Part shown: positions 36,701-48,184 of the stretch, piece after piece
Layout: each line of letters opens with the position of its first letter
How positions within the stretch are numbered: position 1 is the first letter of the stretch
Made by a program: the position numbers and the translations under genes
DNA from: Dipteris shenzhenensis
Lineage: Eukaryota
Strand: one strand, 5' to 3'
DNA length: 64,000 nucleotides
Assembly (NCBI GenBank): GCA_047967505.1
Contig: CM106538.1
Notes under the pieces: generated by a model
What the model was told of the DNA's origin: nothing
The model's database searches: none
What the model saw: only the letters and a program-made list of their open reading frames with translations

Positions 36701-36828
36701 TAGTCACTAACCATAGTTAGTGAACTAACTGCAGTTAGGGGGAAAAACCTCTAAAGGAGGGAAAAGTGCCCCTAACTAACTTATTATATTACATTGGTCA
36801 CTGCTGAATTATAGATATAATTCCAACA
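30789..36828 (-). mobile_element. Ty1/copia LTR retrotransposon C, intact ORF, with a doubled 3' LTR
   Basis: 266-bp LTRs at 36563-36828 and 30789-31054, plus an extra LTR at 31055-31316. TSD CATCC at 30784-30788 and 36829-36833. PBS reverse complement at 36549-36560. Confidence 0.96.
31352..35695 (-). CDS. Copia C gag-pol polyprotein, about 1,447 aa, uninterrupted
   Basis: First ATG of the ORF at 35695 (MAHQNQNDF). Motifs: KLDGTNY, CHYCKKPGHHIAEC, WYFDSGAS, LWHARYGH, LIHSDVCGP, TDRGGEY, LYVDDLL, YSDSDWAG, ADIFTKAL. Confidence 0.93.
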   Translation of the reverse strand: MAHQNQNDFQFGGLSQEDKLDGTNYSLWSFMVRNILISRNLWDYVNGDEIRPADIAPATPPHQGGGRGRTQGAAAGQVVGAATVNTPEQKRWDSRDALALSCISLSVKRSIIPHIRSCKTSRAAWDILESMYAARNDARVSFLKRELSNTHMEEGDSMSAHLTKLQDLREQLLNIDEIIPDSEMITTTLNSLPESYLSFHTSLNLSLRGGANPLSFHELIGLLLQEEQTRKNLASRAGEQAMLSKFKSKTKGQAKTAANQPSSGSGQPSQKAKSDTSKPKKKGFCHYCKKPGHHIAECRKRIAKEKKNSSGMAVSDSAPCASDSGDAAANFVGQDYAFLSCISDSRLAVPDARDSTASFSDDTYAFLTCSFDSPSDASAFSVDETLNTWYFDSGASKHITSRKCLFTSLHPPPVGKKVTCANNSSYSVRGTGEVELTAIDGSIFRLSDVLYVPGITKNLLSVSTLNRDGFQVIFEDDKCAVRDREANYALMLSGTLLRGLFQLDIFQKRAAHALAISSPTVAMQNAELWHARYGHMHYNSLMTLQKFSMVDALPPLEIPPPHACEGCILGKMHRFPFKKDGSVKAVRKLQLIHSDVCGPMRTPSLGGHLYFVTFIDDYSNFTWVYGLKKKSEVFTVFKHFSAMVENETGLKIQTLRTDRGGEYLSAEFDAFLKQKGIVHQLTVKLTPQQNGKAERKNRTLMEMDRCMLKSKHMPHKFWLEGLMCANYILNRAPTKALKTKTPFEVWNDRKPSVDHFRVFGCLAYAHVPVEFRHKLSDKAIKCIFVGYSAESKGYRLYNPATRKIIVSRDVIFSENSAYTQADFQMPSPSEDVFQGLLPIALGSPADFSDPNQNFQQPSNASVPPRDVMPPPQEVEQVVQQEIADIHAAKTVPNWLLQTLRESKLDAPLPGRTRSAARHMEGANSVESAYAGTLLDEEEPATFEEAQGNVHWMNAMHDELQSIAKNQTWDVVDLPQGKHAIGTRWVFKVKRKPDGSIDRYKARLVAKGYAQKKGIDYEETFAPTSRMTTIRSLIAMAAHLEWNVHQLDIKTAFLNGDLLEEVYVKPPPGFEITANALQVCKLNKALYGLKQAPRAWYAKIHAFLTSKGLHNSPTESTLYIKMDGGEILVILLYVDDLLLTGSNDDKIADFKTDLQTHFDMSDLGLLHFYLGIQFSHEKRGTVMSQSKYVQKLLDRFNMQECKPISTPMEPGLKLTMHDAGESVDATLYSQAVGCLIYLCNTRPDIQFAVSQVSRYMHSPKTMHWQAVKRIFRYLQGTKSFGLLFPRGGDLQMHAYSDSDWAGDYDTRQSTSGNCFFLGKSCISWLSKKQSTVATSSCEAEYRAAFTATVECVWLRRLFADLYLSLEGPSPILTDSQSAIAVAKNPVFHARTKHIEVHYHYVREKLHAGEISMIFVSTHDNVADIFTKALPREKFEAFRSALNLYPFGD

Positions 36829-39800
36829 CATCCTGGTACACAGGTCCATCTCTGGTAGCACCTCCTGGCACCACCATCTTCAGTCACGTTCCTACCTTTG
36901 AACTTGAGCAATCCAGCAGTCACGATCTTCCAGTTGTCCCCCTCATAATGAGTGAACAACCTGGAGTCTTCGAGGCACTATGCTTTGATGGTCTGTTTCA
37001 ACCCGTCCTTCCTTTGGCAAGATCTGCAACCAATGAATATTTCCAAATAACCTGGACCATGATCTCTCGCTGAGTTCTCAAGCAGGTACTCTTTTGGCTT
37101 CAGTACTCTTTGTCCATCACCTTCTAGCAATCTGCGTCCGAGATTTGAAGAAGCACCAATACTTCCCCTTCTGCCTTCGAAGAAGACCAATTCCTTCCAA
37201 TCTCGTATCTCTTGAGAAAAATGAAGAGCAGAGTCTCTCCACAGCATGCTATAAAGGCTCAAATGCAAAATATCAAGTACATACCAAACTGTGGTACTGC
37301 CTGTGTGTTTGCTCTGAAAGCAAACCCTGTACCTCATCAAGGCACCCACTAAGAGTTTGTGTAATCCTATACTGTCCCCTTCTGAAGTACAGCATCCATC
37401 TGACCATGAGACCCCAGGGCCCTCCATGGAATCCACCCTCTTGTTAGTGTCAATAGCCATGCACCTGGAAGGTACCAAGCGCTCCATGCTGTCCTTCACC
37501 TTCACAAAGGCATCTGACTCCTCATCGACCCACATCTCTATGTCAGACATCCTCACTGTGATTTCTTGGTTAACATATCTGACCTCGGTAACACTCGGTG
37601 ATGTCACTAGGAACAACTCTTTGATTACCACATTTGCTTTAGCCTCTCCCTCTGAATCTGAGTCGGACCCCCTTTTTGTTTTTCCGATCCGCCTTTTTCT
37701 TTCTGCAGTCCTTTGCAAAATGTCTTGGCGTATCACAGTAGAAGCACTACTTCTTCTGCTTCCTCTTCGAAGTCTCCTCGTCGTCAGAGTCGTCTTTCTT
37801 GGACTTGTCACCGTTAGGCTTGCTCTTTCCTTTGCCAGCGTAATCCTTCGCCAGCATTGCCTTGTTGTCTTTGTCGTCGTTGTAGAGCTTCTCCCGAGCT
37901 TCCTCCTGTAGCAGTAATGGACCCAACTCCTCAAACGTTAGAGGTTTGGTCCTCTGTCTTGCTGTCACGGTCGTAACAAAGCTCTTGAAACTCCGAGGTA
38001 GCCTCTTCAGTACCATCAAGGCCAAATGGCATGAGTCCACCTTTTGACCAAACAACTGCCGCCAGTTGATCCCTCACCACCTTGACCTTCGTCAAGTGGC
38101 TATGTACCGTATCTCCTTCTTCCATATCAAGATTGTAGAGTTGATGCTGAAGAAGGAAAATCCAGGAGGTGTTGTCTGTATAGATCCTTCAGAGTGACCC
38201 ACGCCTCTACTGACGTCTCGGTCATTTGGATATGTGGAAGAACAGAGTCTGCCGTAGTCCCTATGATTAATGCCAAGGCATGGGCATCTCTATCTTCCCA
38301 AGCTTTGAGCTCCTTTCTGTCTACTGCCGTGACTATCTTCCCTTGCTTGTCCACCATGTCCTCCGGCTTCGCCTCCATTCCCGTTGTCAATTTCCACAAC
38401 TTCCAAGCTACTAAATGGCTCCAAATTTTCACCTTCCAGATCGGGTAGTTGGGCCCGTCTAGTTTCCCAGACTCTCCGAAGTTAGGGATAGTGAATGAGA
38501 GAAAACTGGGGGAGGAGGAAGGGAGAGCAGGGGTTGAAGAGGCTATAGAGGTCGACATCTTTGCTGTTATATCACACAGCAAAGTCAACCAAACTCAATT
38601 TTTAGTAGACCAAAACTCTGAATGCACTTGACTGAACCTGAGTCACCTTCCTTCTCACAAGGGCACAATTCTCCAGTCGTGGAAGTCAATTCCCAAGAGC
38701 GTCTGAATTAGGGTCGTCCTTCAGCAAGGTCCCTGCCTTCAGGCTCCCACACCTGTGAGCGTCCTATTTGGGCTCTGATACCATGTTAGAAATGACCCAA
38801 CAGAGGGTACGCAAAGCGGAAGACTGATAGTAATGCCCAGGAGCTCACACAGTGTGATGTGGGGTCTGGAATCACAAACTTCTTAACTTAGGTGCATAGA
38901 TGTGCAAGCGAGTAAATAGACAATGCTCAGAGACAAATATAGAAGCAACACTTTATATTTCCGTCCGTCCAGAAACTAGGACAGGATACAATACCAAAAG
39001 GTCCTTCTACCACAAGCCTGACACTTCTAGATCTCTGAGCCTGTGTGCTCCACCTCAAGCATATGTAGACTCTCTTTGTCTAGATCCCTTCCACCTTGCT
39101 GTCCGGAAGCTAGGTGGGCTGCCTCTCTAGCTCAGTCTGCAGCTTCTCCTAGGTCACCTTGTCCTCTTGAATGTAGGCCTAAGGCTCCCCCTTTTCTGCT
39201 CCTGTCTGCTGACATGAGGGCTGCTCCAAGTGATGAATGAATGAGGCCCAATGGCCTCTTTATATAGGCCCCAAGGGGCTGGCAAAAACCGACCTGTTAG
39301 GGGAATGTGGGCCGACCAGACTGCCCCTCCCTACCCGACTTTATAGTCTGTAAACCGACCTCCAGGCAGCCCTTGATTGGCCGACCTAGGGCGGCTCTCT
39401 TAGGCTTTTGCCAGGCCCTAAGGGCAGCCCATATAGGGCCCTACCCTTGGGTCCTTCTAGGGCTGGATGGCTGCAACTGTTCCGCCATCAACAGACCCTT
39501 CTTGCAGGCGCCCTTGCCCTGCCATGCTGTGCCATGTGCTCCTGCCCTCTGCCAGGCTCTCTCCAGCCACATGTGCAGCGCTGTACAGGTCTGTACATCA
39601 GCTGACATCAGCGCGCCCTTCACAGGGCCCTGTTGCAGGCCGTACGCCCGTCTTTTTGCTTTGACAGCTGCTCACATGGCAGCTCATGTGCTGCCCATGT
39701 GACATCCCCAATATCTCCAGGTCTACGTCCCCCATGCTCTCCTCGTATGGGGGCTTACAGATGGGGAGGTGACCATTCCAACACCTTTGTGCCTTTTGAT

Positions 39801-39849
39801 TGGGTGGAGTTGGTTCTTCAAGAGTTATGTTATTGGCTTCTTGATGTGG

Positions 39850-41770
39850 TCTCAGACATGCCTTTTAGAGTGTCCCGGCTTTTGAGTGTGTCTTTGTCCC
39901 AGCCACCTCTGAGGCAGATCTGCCTGCTTGAAGGGTACACCTGTGAGAAGTGCAGAAAACAATGAGAATGGGGGGCTATATATAGGCAGCCCCCCTGCCG
40001 AGTCGGCTGATCTAGAGGGGGCCGACCACCCTGCTGTAGGGCCGACCCGCTGCTAGGGCTGCACATGGCCCTATGAAGAGGGCATCCCCCCCAGCCCCCC
40101 CCCCCAAAAAAAAAAAAGGGGCTGTCTCTAGCCAAGGTGCCCGATCTACAGGTTGGCCCACCCTCTGCTCTCCAGCCCTAACGTGGGGTGCCTATAAGGG
40201 CACATCCGTGCAACCCCTCAGGGCAGATCTGGCCACACTCCTCCACACCCCTCTTGGAACCTCCATGAAGAGGCCCCGGACAGCCACTCCAAACCTACTC
40301 TCACGGGGGCGGGCAAACCCACAACACATGCCCTCACTCTCTATGCTATCCTCACTCACTGGGCGGGCACACTGACAAGACACCCCCTCTCAGCTCTTGG
40401 ATGGAACAGAGTCGCCAGGGAGCTGGGTGTGCCATTGGAACAACTGAAGGAATCCATTGTGTGATGCTCCACTGCTGAAGACCGCCATAGATACAGTTGA
40501 AGAAGCCCCCTCGTGGCTCGAACCGCCTCAGCACGATCACTGGAAACCTGGAACTGTTGCTCTCAGGCCACAGGTGCTAGGTACATTCCTCTGGTCTGGT
40601 AATGGTACACTTGGTCAACTGGTACAGCAATCCAAGTACTAGTACTGGTACATGACTCCAACAGAGGATCCTGGAACAATAATCCAACTGATACTGCCTC
40701 CGGTGCAAGTAGGGTGCAAGTAGGTTCTTAAAGGTATAGGTTCACAATGTACTTTTTACCTTTTGGTTGATGAGAAGATTGAGTTGTGTACCTGAGATTT
40801 ATGACTTTAGAACCATGATCTTGTTGGAGGTCAACATCTCCTAATGTCACCTAAAGAGAGAGGGCCTTGCTTGTGGGTGTGCCCGCCTAGTGAGTGAGGC
40901 TAGGGTAGAGAGTGAGGGCGTGTGTTGTGGGTATGCCCGCCACTTTTTGCGATGATCCTCATGTATGTGGGCATACGCTATGCAACCAAATATGTGGAGA
41001 TGCCCAATCCGTGGCTTGTAACGAGTAAATGCTCCATAAGGTGTCATACCCTGAATCGGTTTGGTCGAAAGTCAATTATGCAAGTAGTTTACAGTGGCAA
41101 TTGCTTCTGCCCAATACTGATTTGGAAGATGCTTCTCCCTTCAGTGCAGTGCTTGCTGGAGCGGCAGAGCCAGCCCAGTGTGCACCTCAGGAGCAGTTCT
41201 AGGGCAGAGGTCTGGAGTTGTTCTTCCTCTCTCCGTGCCTCGTTTTCTCGTGGTTGTTGAGCTGTTTGTCTGAGCTCTTGAGCATGTGAGGTTTTCCCCC
41301 AGTTGTAGCAGGGTTTTCTCCAGAGATCTCTTGCAATTCTCTTGTGCCTCTCTCCTCTTTCTCTCCTTCTTAGTGTGTGTGTGTGAGGCGTGCTATCCCT
41401 CTTTTTTTCTTCCGTTCATTTCCGCTGCACTTCTAACGGATCTTAGGATTAGGCAGAAGATATTTCAGCATTGCAAGACTTGGTATATCCAAAGACTCAA
41501 AGATACAAGTGTGTGCTCCTACAAAACACACAGAATTTCACCTAACCAGGCATCGGATGTTGGCAGTCCAAGTACATTTGTGGGTTGCCATGAGGTGAGC
41601 ATGTGAAAGAGAGGATAAGGGCACTTGTAGGCTGGTGAGAGTCAAGAAGTGCTCTCATACGTTTGAAGACTTTGATGGGACTTGACTTGTTAGAATCTAG
41701 TCTGAAGACATGCCAAATGCTAGCCTTCATCATCAGTGACACTGCTGATCTTCCAAGCTCTGATAAAATC
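39850..41770 (-). mobile_element. Old, internally deleted copia remnant
   Basis: Integrase C-terminal motif TPYGAF..KPRIGHLHIFGCIAYAHI at about 40945-41047. PPT-like CCCCCTCTCAGC reverse complement at 40383 next to an LTR-like start, and a degenerate PBS GCTCTGATA at about 41757. Confidence 0.55.
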
Positions 41771-42133
41771 TCAGAATGAGGACCTTTATATACATGTTAT
41801 GTTTGATTACGTGGATACGTGTGCGTATGTGATTACATGTTGAGGTGATAATGCACACTGCTTTCTTGTTTTGCAAGATAGAACTCATGGCTTGTAACCT
41901 TTTGGGCAACTAAACGAGGGTACAAGCTGCACTTTCAGATTTGGTTTTACATGACAGTTTGGGTACCATTGGGAGTTGGATTACATTCTTTTGATAAGGC
42001 TGAGGTTTTCAAGCTCATGGAATGTTTGCTGCTGCTTCATTAGATTCCTTTGGAGTTTGACAGCTCTCTTCGTTGTTTGTCCTTGTGTGCAACTTCTTGT
42101 ATGGAAGCTGAAGTAATTAAGGTGCTGCTTCAG

Positions 42134-42271
42134 GTTTGCTCAGGATCTTGGGATTGCTCATTAAAGCTGTGGAAAGTCACAGAAGATCTAGGCACCGAGG
42201 ATGAAGGTGTACATAATAAGAAGAGAAAACTAGATGGGCCTGAAAATTCCACTGAGACACAAGAGATCCAG
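42134..42271 (+). CDS. WDR12: WDR12 internal exon
   Basis: cttcag|GTT TGC...ATC CAG|gtggg; encodes VCSGSWDCSLKLW...KKRKLDG...QEIQ, including the basic KKRK patch. Confidence 0.92.
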
Positions 42272-42369
42272 GTGGGACACGGTTTTTCTAAAACAATGGT
42301 AAATCATCCTAGAGGTGTACTTTTAATCTTTTTGTATTCACTTATCCGGGTGCTCATGATTTGAAGCAG

Positions 42370-42513
42370 GCTGGATCAATTGCTACACTTGAGGGACACA
42401 CACAGTGTGTTTCAGCTGTCATTTGGAGGGAGAGAGATGCCATCCTTTCAGCTTCCTGGGATCATTCAATAAGGACTTGGGATCCAGAAACAGGTGTCAA
42501 CACAGAATCTTTG
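42370..42513 (+). CDS. WDR12: WDR12 internal exon
   Basis: aagcag|GCT GGA...TCT TTG|gtacg; encodes AGSIATLEGHTQCVSAVIWRERDAILSASWDHSIRTWDPETGVNTESL. Confidence 0.92.
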
Positions 42514-42799
42514 GTACGATCTATTGCATCTTGCTAAGCTGGTTATGAGTTTGTTATTCTATGGCAGAGAATCAGCTTTTTCTGTGTCTCTTTGTGCAGC
42601 TCTTTGCTGTACAATGTTGTTATTTATTTTCCTATGTATCTTAGCAACAGGGCTTTGAGCAAGAAGCTTCGACAGTTTCATGCTTCGAAATAATTTTACT
42701 TCTAAAATTTTAAGGTGCCAGCTTCTAAAAAAATTACGTTTTTAAATGGTTAAAAAAAAGGAAATAAGGGGAGAGAAAATATTCACATGACATGTATAA

Positions 42800-43150
42800 A
42801 GGATGAGGGGGCTGAGAAAGGGAATGAGAGGGGGCTGAGACTTGAGAAGGAGGGTTGACAATGAAAGGGGCTGAGTCTTGGAAGAGGGCAGGGGTAAAGG
42901 AAGGAGGCGTGAGAGGGCTGATAGGCAAAGGGGGTGAGAGGCGACTGAGAGAAGGATGGGAGAGAGGGCTGAGAATGAAGGGTGGGCAGGGTTGAGAGAG
43001 AGCTGACAGAGGGGAAAAGGGGATGATAGAGGGCTGAGAAGGATTCAGGGATCAGAAGAGCTGAGAGAGGGTAAGGGCTGACAGAGGACTAATAGAGGGC
43101 AGGGGGTTAAGAGAGGGCTGACTAAGGGATGAGAGAGGCAAGGGGCTGAC
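42800..43150. repeat. Purine-rich degenerate GGGCTGA(G/C)A repeat tract
   Basis: More than ten GGGCTGA/GAGCTGA units in a G/A-rich stretch. Confidence 0.7.
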
Positions 43151-43700
43151 AGAAAGAAAGAAAGAAAGTTTATTATAGTCTTCGGAAGACTGATGGGTCT
43201 ATGAGACTGTGAAAAACCTGGTACAAACGAGCTGTGGTGGTGGAGCTACTAAACGAGCATCCACACCAATGAAAATGCAAAATATGCAGAATGTCAGTAC
43301 TAAATCCTAAGTACAACATAGTCATGTCATGTTGGTAGTCGATTATCTCATCATCATCATCACCATCAAGACATCAGGGTGGGTGTGGCAATGGGGGCAT
43401 GAAATCGGCGATAGAGTGCTGTCGGCCATTCAATGGTGCAGCCCTGGCATGTCTCCTGGTCATAGCTCTGCGTCTAACCAGGGCTACTGTGATCCCTGTC
43501 GGGCGAGACCCGACTCTAAACATGGAGGGGATGTCCCCAAGTGTGATTTGTGTGTCGACGCTTTGTCTGAGCTGTCGAGTCACAGGCACCGGGTCACGGT
43601 CATGTCGAGTTTGGGGAGGACAAGTAGGGGGTAGCCACCTTCTCTGAGATGCCAGCAGCAGAGTGGAGCACATGGAAACAATTCATCTTCATGATCAGTG
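43151..43700 (-). mobile_element. RTE-like LINE 3' end with (TTTC)n tail
   Basis: Diverged reverse-complement homologue of about 47340-47866, with (GAAA)n at 43151-43168. Confidence 0.6.
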
Positions 43701-46700
43701 GCAGAGACCTGTGGAGAGAGCGAGAGCTCAGCAAGATCCGTGGCAGCCTCCTCTTCTCATTCGGTTAGAGGAGACATGATGGATTGCTTAAGAGGCTGGA
43801 TCGCTTCTACGTTGGGGACTGGGCACTCCACAGAGGCGTCTCTATAGGGATTCTAGTAGGCACCACGATGTCAGACCACTCTCGAGCAATATTATACCTA
43901 GAGCAGCCCCGCCGTGGTCTTCCCCAAAAGGGGGTCTGCATTCCAGAGGACCTACTGCAAGATGAGGAGATTCAACAGGTTATTGCAGAGATTTGGCAGC
44001 AGCCAAAGTTAGTATCTTGTGACGGCCGGGCTTCTTGGGTGGCAGATGCGATTCAGAGGAGCAGTGAGGAGGTGTAGTCTCACGCCCTTAAACGGAGGAG
44101 GGCTCTTCAGGAGCACGAGCGTGCACTGCGATGAGACTTCGCCTCCATAAAGAGGCTCAGGGAACATGATCTAGGATGCCAATGGCTTAGGGATGGATAT
44201 GAGAGTGCGCACCTTGAGCTCCATGACACGGAGGTTCGGCAGGCTGAGTTTTCCTACCACTCCACCCGGGCCCGATGGGTACAGCAAGGGGATAGGATGA
44301 CGAAGCAGCTTTTCAGACCATTGGATCTCGATCGGCAGGCATGCAACTACACCGATTATGGGATCTGCAGGGCATTTTGCACACTGATCCACATGAGATT
44401 CTAGAGTTGACGACGGATTTCTACAGCCAGCTCTTTCAGGCAGAGGGGGTGGCTATAGCTTGCATTGTGGCCCGTGAGTTAGTTTAGGACCATGTTTTGA
44501 TAGTGGTCTCGCGGGAGTTGTGCAGGAGACTGGAGGAGCCTTTAGCTCTGGGAAGCCCTCAAGGCCCTTCCGACCCAAGAGTGTCCGGGCGAAGATGGTT
44601 CTGGGAGGCAGTGGATTGGGCCAGGGAGGAGTCACAGCCTTTGGCCATCCTTCTCTTTGATTTTGAGAAGAATTATGATAGGGTGGAGTGGTCTTTCCTA
44701 GAGGGCACTATGCAGAGGTTGGGTTTCTCAAACAGATGGATTAGAGAAGTCTTTGCACTTTATGCGGGGACCTCTTGTCAGATGCTTATCGGTGGACACA
44801 TGGGCGAGGCCTTTTCTCTCTCTCGCTTGGTCCGCCAGGGCTGTCCCCTAGCTCCCTTTCTTTTTCTTTTTGTGACAGAGGCATTGGGCTACTACTTGAG
44901 ATCGCAAGTGGCAGGCCTCATAGGGTTGAGGCTCCCAATCAGACAGGAGGAGCTGTTAGATTCAGAGTTTGTAGATGACATAGCCTTGTATGTAGAGGGC
45001 ACTATAGTGAGCTTGGAGAGAGTTTGGGGAGCCTTGGCTATTTATTGTGAGGCCTCGGGTGCACTGATCAATTGGACAAAATCCATTGGTTTCTTCACAG
45101 CCTCTGAGGAGACACAAGAGATTCGAGAGTGGGGGGAGTGCCTTTGGCTTCCGCTCGATACCGCGGGGACAGATGACGAGATACCTCGGATGCTAGGTGG
45201 GTATTGATATTACAGCAGAGCAGCAAATCGTCCCGATCCTTGAGAGTGTTCGGCGCAAGCTTCTCTACTAGAGATCGGCCAAACTCTCCCTAGCGAGCCG
45301 TGCCTTAGTGGCAAACTAGGCCCTTCTTGCCACGCCTTGGTATATTGTCTCTTGCTGGTGCTTTCATAGAGGGTGCATTGGACAGCTTTGACGTTTGGTT
45401 CAGAATTTCCTTTGGGCAGGATCGGACGGCTCGAGGAATACCAAAGCCCGGGTCCTTGGTAGATGGTGATCATGCCGCAGGCATTGGGAGGCTTGGGTAT
45501 CATTGATGTGGAGATGCAGAGCAGAGCCCTCTAGGGCAAGTTGGTTGTGTGCGGCCTCACCCTTGGTGCAGAGCCTTGGAAGCTCCTCTATTAAGCGAGG
45601 GCTTCTCAGGAACACCCGACGCACTAGGGGGCAATGGCATCAACCACACAGATGGATCTTCTCAGAGGCCCCCCTTACGGAGAAGGGTTCCCCCATGATG
45701 AGGAGCCTACATAGGGTCTGGCAGAGATTAGTAGGTGGCCTCATCCGTGGTCAGCCCTGTTCTAGAGAGGAGTTCGAGCGTCAACCCCTCATTTGGCACC
45801 CGGAGATCAAGGATCAGGATGGACATATGCTGGGAAGACGGACTCACATCGAATAGGCACAGTGGGCAACAGCCTGGCTTGCTCCTTTGGCAGATGGAGT
45901 AGATTACCCATGGAGGCAGAGGTGAGACTTGGAGCCATAGCGCATATGAGAGGGGCAGGAAAGCAGATGAGGGAGATTGACCTCACCATCCCCGAGTCTT
46001 GGTGGGAGGGACTCCGCATGTGGATGGACATCAGATGGTTCGGTCGTTTTTCTCGGACTGGGGTCCCCTTGAAAGGGTAATGATCTAGCGAGGCAGCAAT
46101 CAGCATGGTTTCTTTTGTGTAGGGCCCAGAGGCCAACTTCAAGCACTCACTAAGAGACCCAGAGACGGACAGGAGTCTGGATGGGATTCATTGGCAGATG
46201 ATCAGATTTGTGGGCCGATTGGGGAAGGAGTGGCACATCGATCCTCCCAGCATTCTAGAGCAGGATGCCCCCAGATGGCGCCTTTGACTTTGGGTAGGTA
46301 GACCCTTGAGGGAGGTCTAGTGAGATCTGGGAGAGTGGCTATGGCCTTCTAGGGTCGGCCTCATGGAGCAGGTGGACGAGGTGCCCTTCTTTTCCTATAC
46401 CACGCGGATTGGCAGGAGGCTTCAGATGGACTCTTCAACATGGACCCCTTCGAGGGAGAGGCATTGGGTGGCCCAGAGGGTGCCCCAGGAGGTCTGTTCT
46501 AGGTTTTGGACACGCCTATGTCTAGTTTGCGGCCGAGGAAGATCTCCTACTTCTTTTGGCTGGCCGTCCACAGAGGCTTGCCCATAGGCCCGGGGTTGGA
46601 GCAGATGCGGGTGGAGGGATAGTGTCACTCTTGCTCTGCTGGAATTCCGGGGATGATCCCTTACTGCCTTTGGAGCTGTCGTAGCGCGTTGAGGATCTAG

Positions 46701-48184
46701 ATGGGAGCCCTCAGGATTATGACCCGCATGCAGAGCCTTCAGAGAGACCACACTTGGGGGTTGGTGGCTTGGTTGACTGAGGGAGGTCACGCCTTTTAGA
46801 TTGATGAGGTCTCTCCCACTTACCGCATACAGGGTCAGAGCATTCAGAGGATAGAGCTCCACGCGGCGGGTTTCTCTTGCTAGCCTGGATCCTCATTCCC
46901 CTCTGGAGGATAGTGTGTGGGAGGTAGTAGCTAGTGTCACGGCGTGGAACATTTGGGTTGCTCGCTGTAGTCTGGTGATGGGTGAGCATCTGGTTCCACC
47001 CTCGGCTACCTTGGTCGCCATCTCGCAGGATATCATTTACACCCTCTCTGCTGGTATGCACGGACTCACAGATGGTTTGTGAGACTAGGGTTCCACATCG
47101 ATAGGATACCTCCTTTTCAGTACAGTTTAGATGCCCCTCCGGTACTCCTACCCACCATTGCGATCGTGCCACACATTTTTAGGTGCCCAGTGTACTACGA
47201 GATCCGAGGTCACTACCACTGCCTCTTCCGGGCTCCTTTCCAGATTCCTTGCCTACCCAGTTCAGAGATGCCTCGCGGCCTTCATTCACGAGGGGGTCCG
47301 ACACAGAGAGCACTTACTCAGGTGACGGGGCTTGGCCACATCATCAGACACCTCTTAGAGCAGGATCACAGAGTTCTTCCCATCGAGTAACATTGATCGT
47401 CCAGTCTCTAGCCGCAGACGTGACAGAGACCTCGACCCGACGATCGCAGCACGACACACGAGACATGGAGGGGACACACAGATCACTCTGGGGGACCTCC
47501 CGTCATTGTTTAGACCCGGGATACGTCCCACGGGAGTCACGGTGGCTCTGGTCTTGTGTCGAGCCTCGTCCAGGAGACCGAGACACACGGCATCCCTTGA
47601 CGGGTGCCAACGTCCCATCACCGGCTATGCACTAGCCAAGGCAACATGACATACGGAGGATTCTGCTCCGCTCCAGTCCTTTTCTTTTCATTGTTACATC
47701 CAGATGTATTTGATTATGTATGATCAGACTTAGGATTCAGCACGGGTGATGATGCTCGTTTCAGTAGCTCCACCCTTACTGTGATTTGTATCAGGTTTTC
47801 TTTTAGTCTCATAGACCCATGGGTCTTCCGAAGATTCTAATAAAATTTCTTTCTTTCTTTCTTTCTTCTCCCTGGGAGCAAGGGACCCCGGGCTCTAGGG
47901 TGATTGTTGCGAGGCGTGCATGTTTCCGCAAGGCTTGGCATGCAGGAGTTTTCTACATATTCACTCCGCGAGGGATTCGCTGGTTGTATAGTCCCCCCAC
48001 CTAGCTGTTAGCCCTTGTACCAGAGATTCCCTAGGCAGTGAGTTGGATTTCTCTGGAATAGGCTGGTTTCTTCCTTCAACCTTTATCGGTTTTTCCCATA
48101 CGCAGCACCTTTGGGGCTGCTGTTTTGTATGAAGCTTTTTCAAGGATTAAGAGAAGGTTCCTTTCTTTGCAAAAAAAAAAAAAA
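43700..48184 (+). mobile_element. Degenerate L1-like LINE ORF2 and 3' end with poly(A)
   Basis: KRLDRFYV and SDH (endonuclease); LLFDFEKNYDRVEW, VRQGCPLAPFLF and FVDD (RT). A-tail at 48172-48184. Interrupted at about 47090-47866. Confidence 0.8.
47090..47866 (+). mobile_element. RTE-like LINE 3' fragment nested in the L1
   Basis: HIFRCPVYYEIRGHYHCLF C-terminal motif, then AATAAA and a (TTTC)n tail. Confidence 0.65.

Larger units (their letters stand above)
29635..39783 (-). mobile_element. Non-autonomous copia-like LTR element with about 1-kb LTRs and gag only; host of copia C
   Basis: LTRs at 29635-30619 (outer about 14 bp missing) and 38784-39783, highly similar. PBS reverse complement at 38772-38783 and PPT reverse complement CCCCCTCTCACC at 30620-30631. 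About 2.1 kb of its own internal sequence, with a frameshifted gag (KLDGPNYPIWK, WEDRDAHALALI, CFYC..HFAKDC). Confidence 0.85.

Noticed and set aside
43151-47866. Large TIR DNA transposon bounded by inverted 43151-43700 and 47340-47866
   Set aside because: The ends are diverged LINE 3' tails with (TTTC)n; no transposase or TSD. Two independent insertions explain them better.
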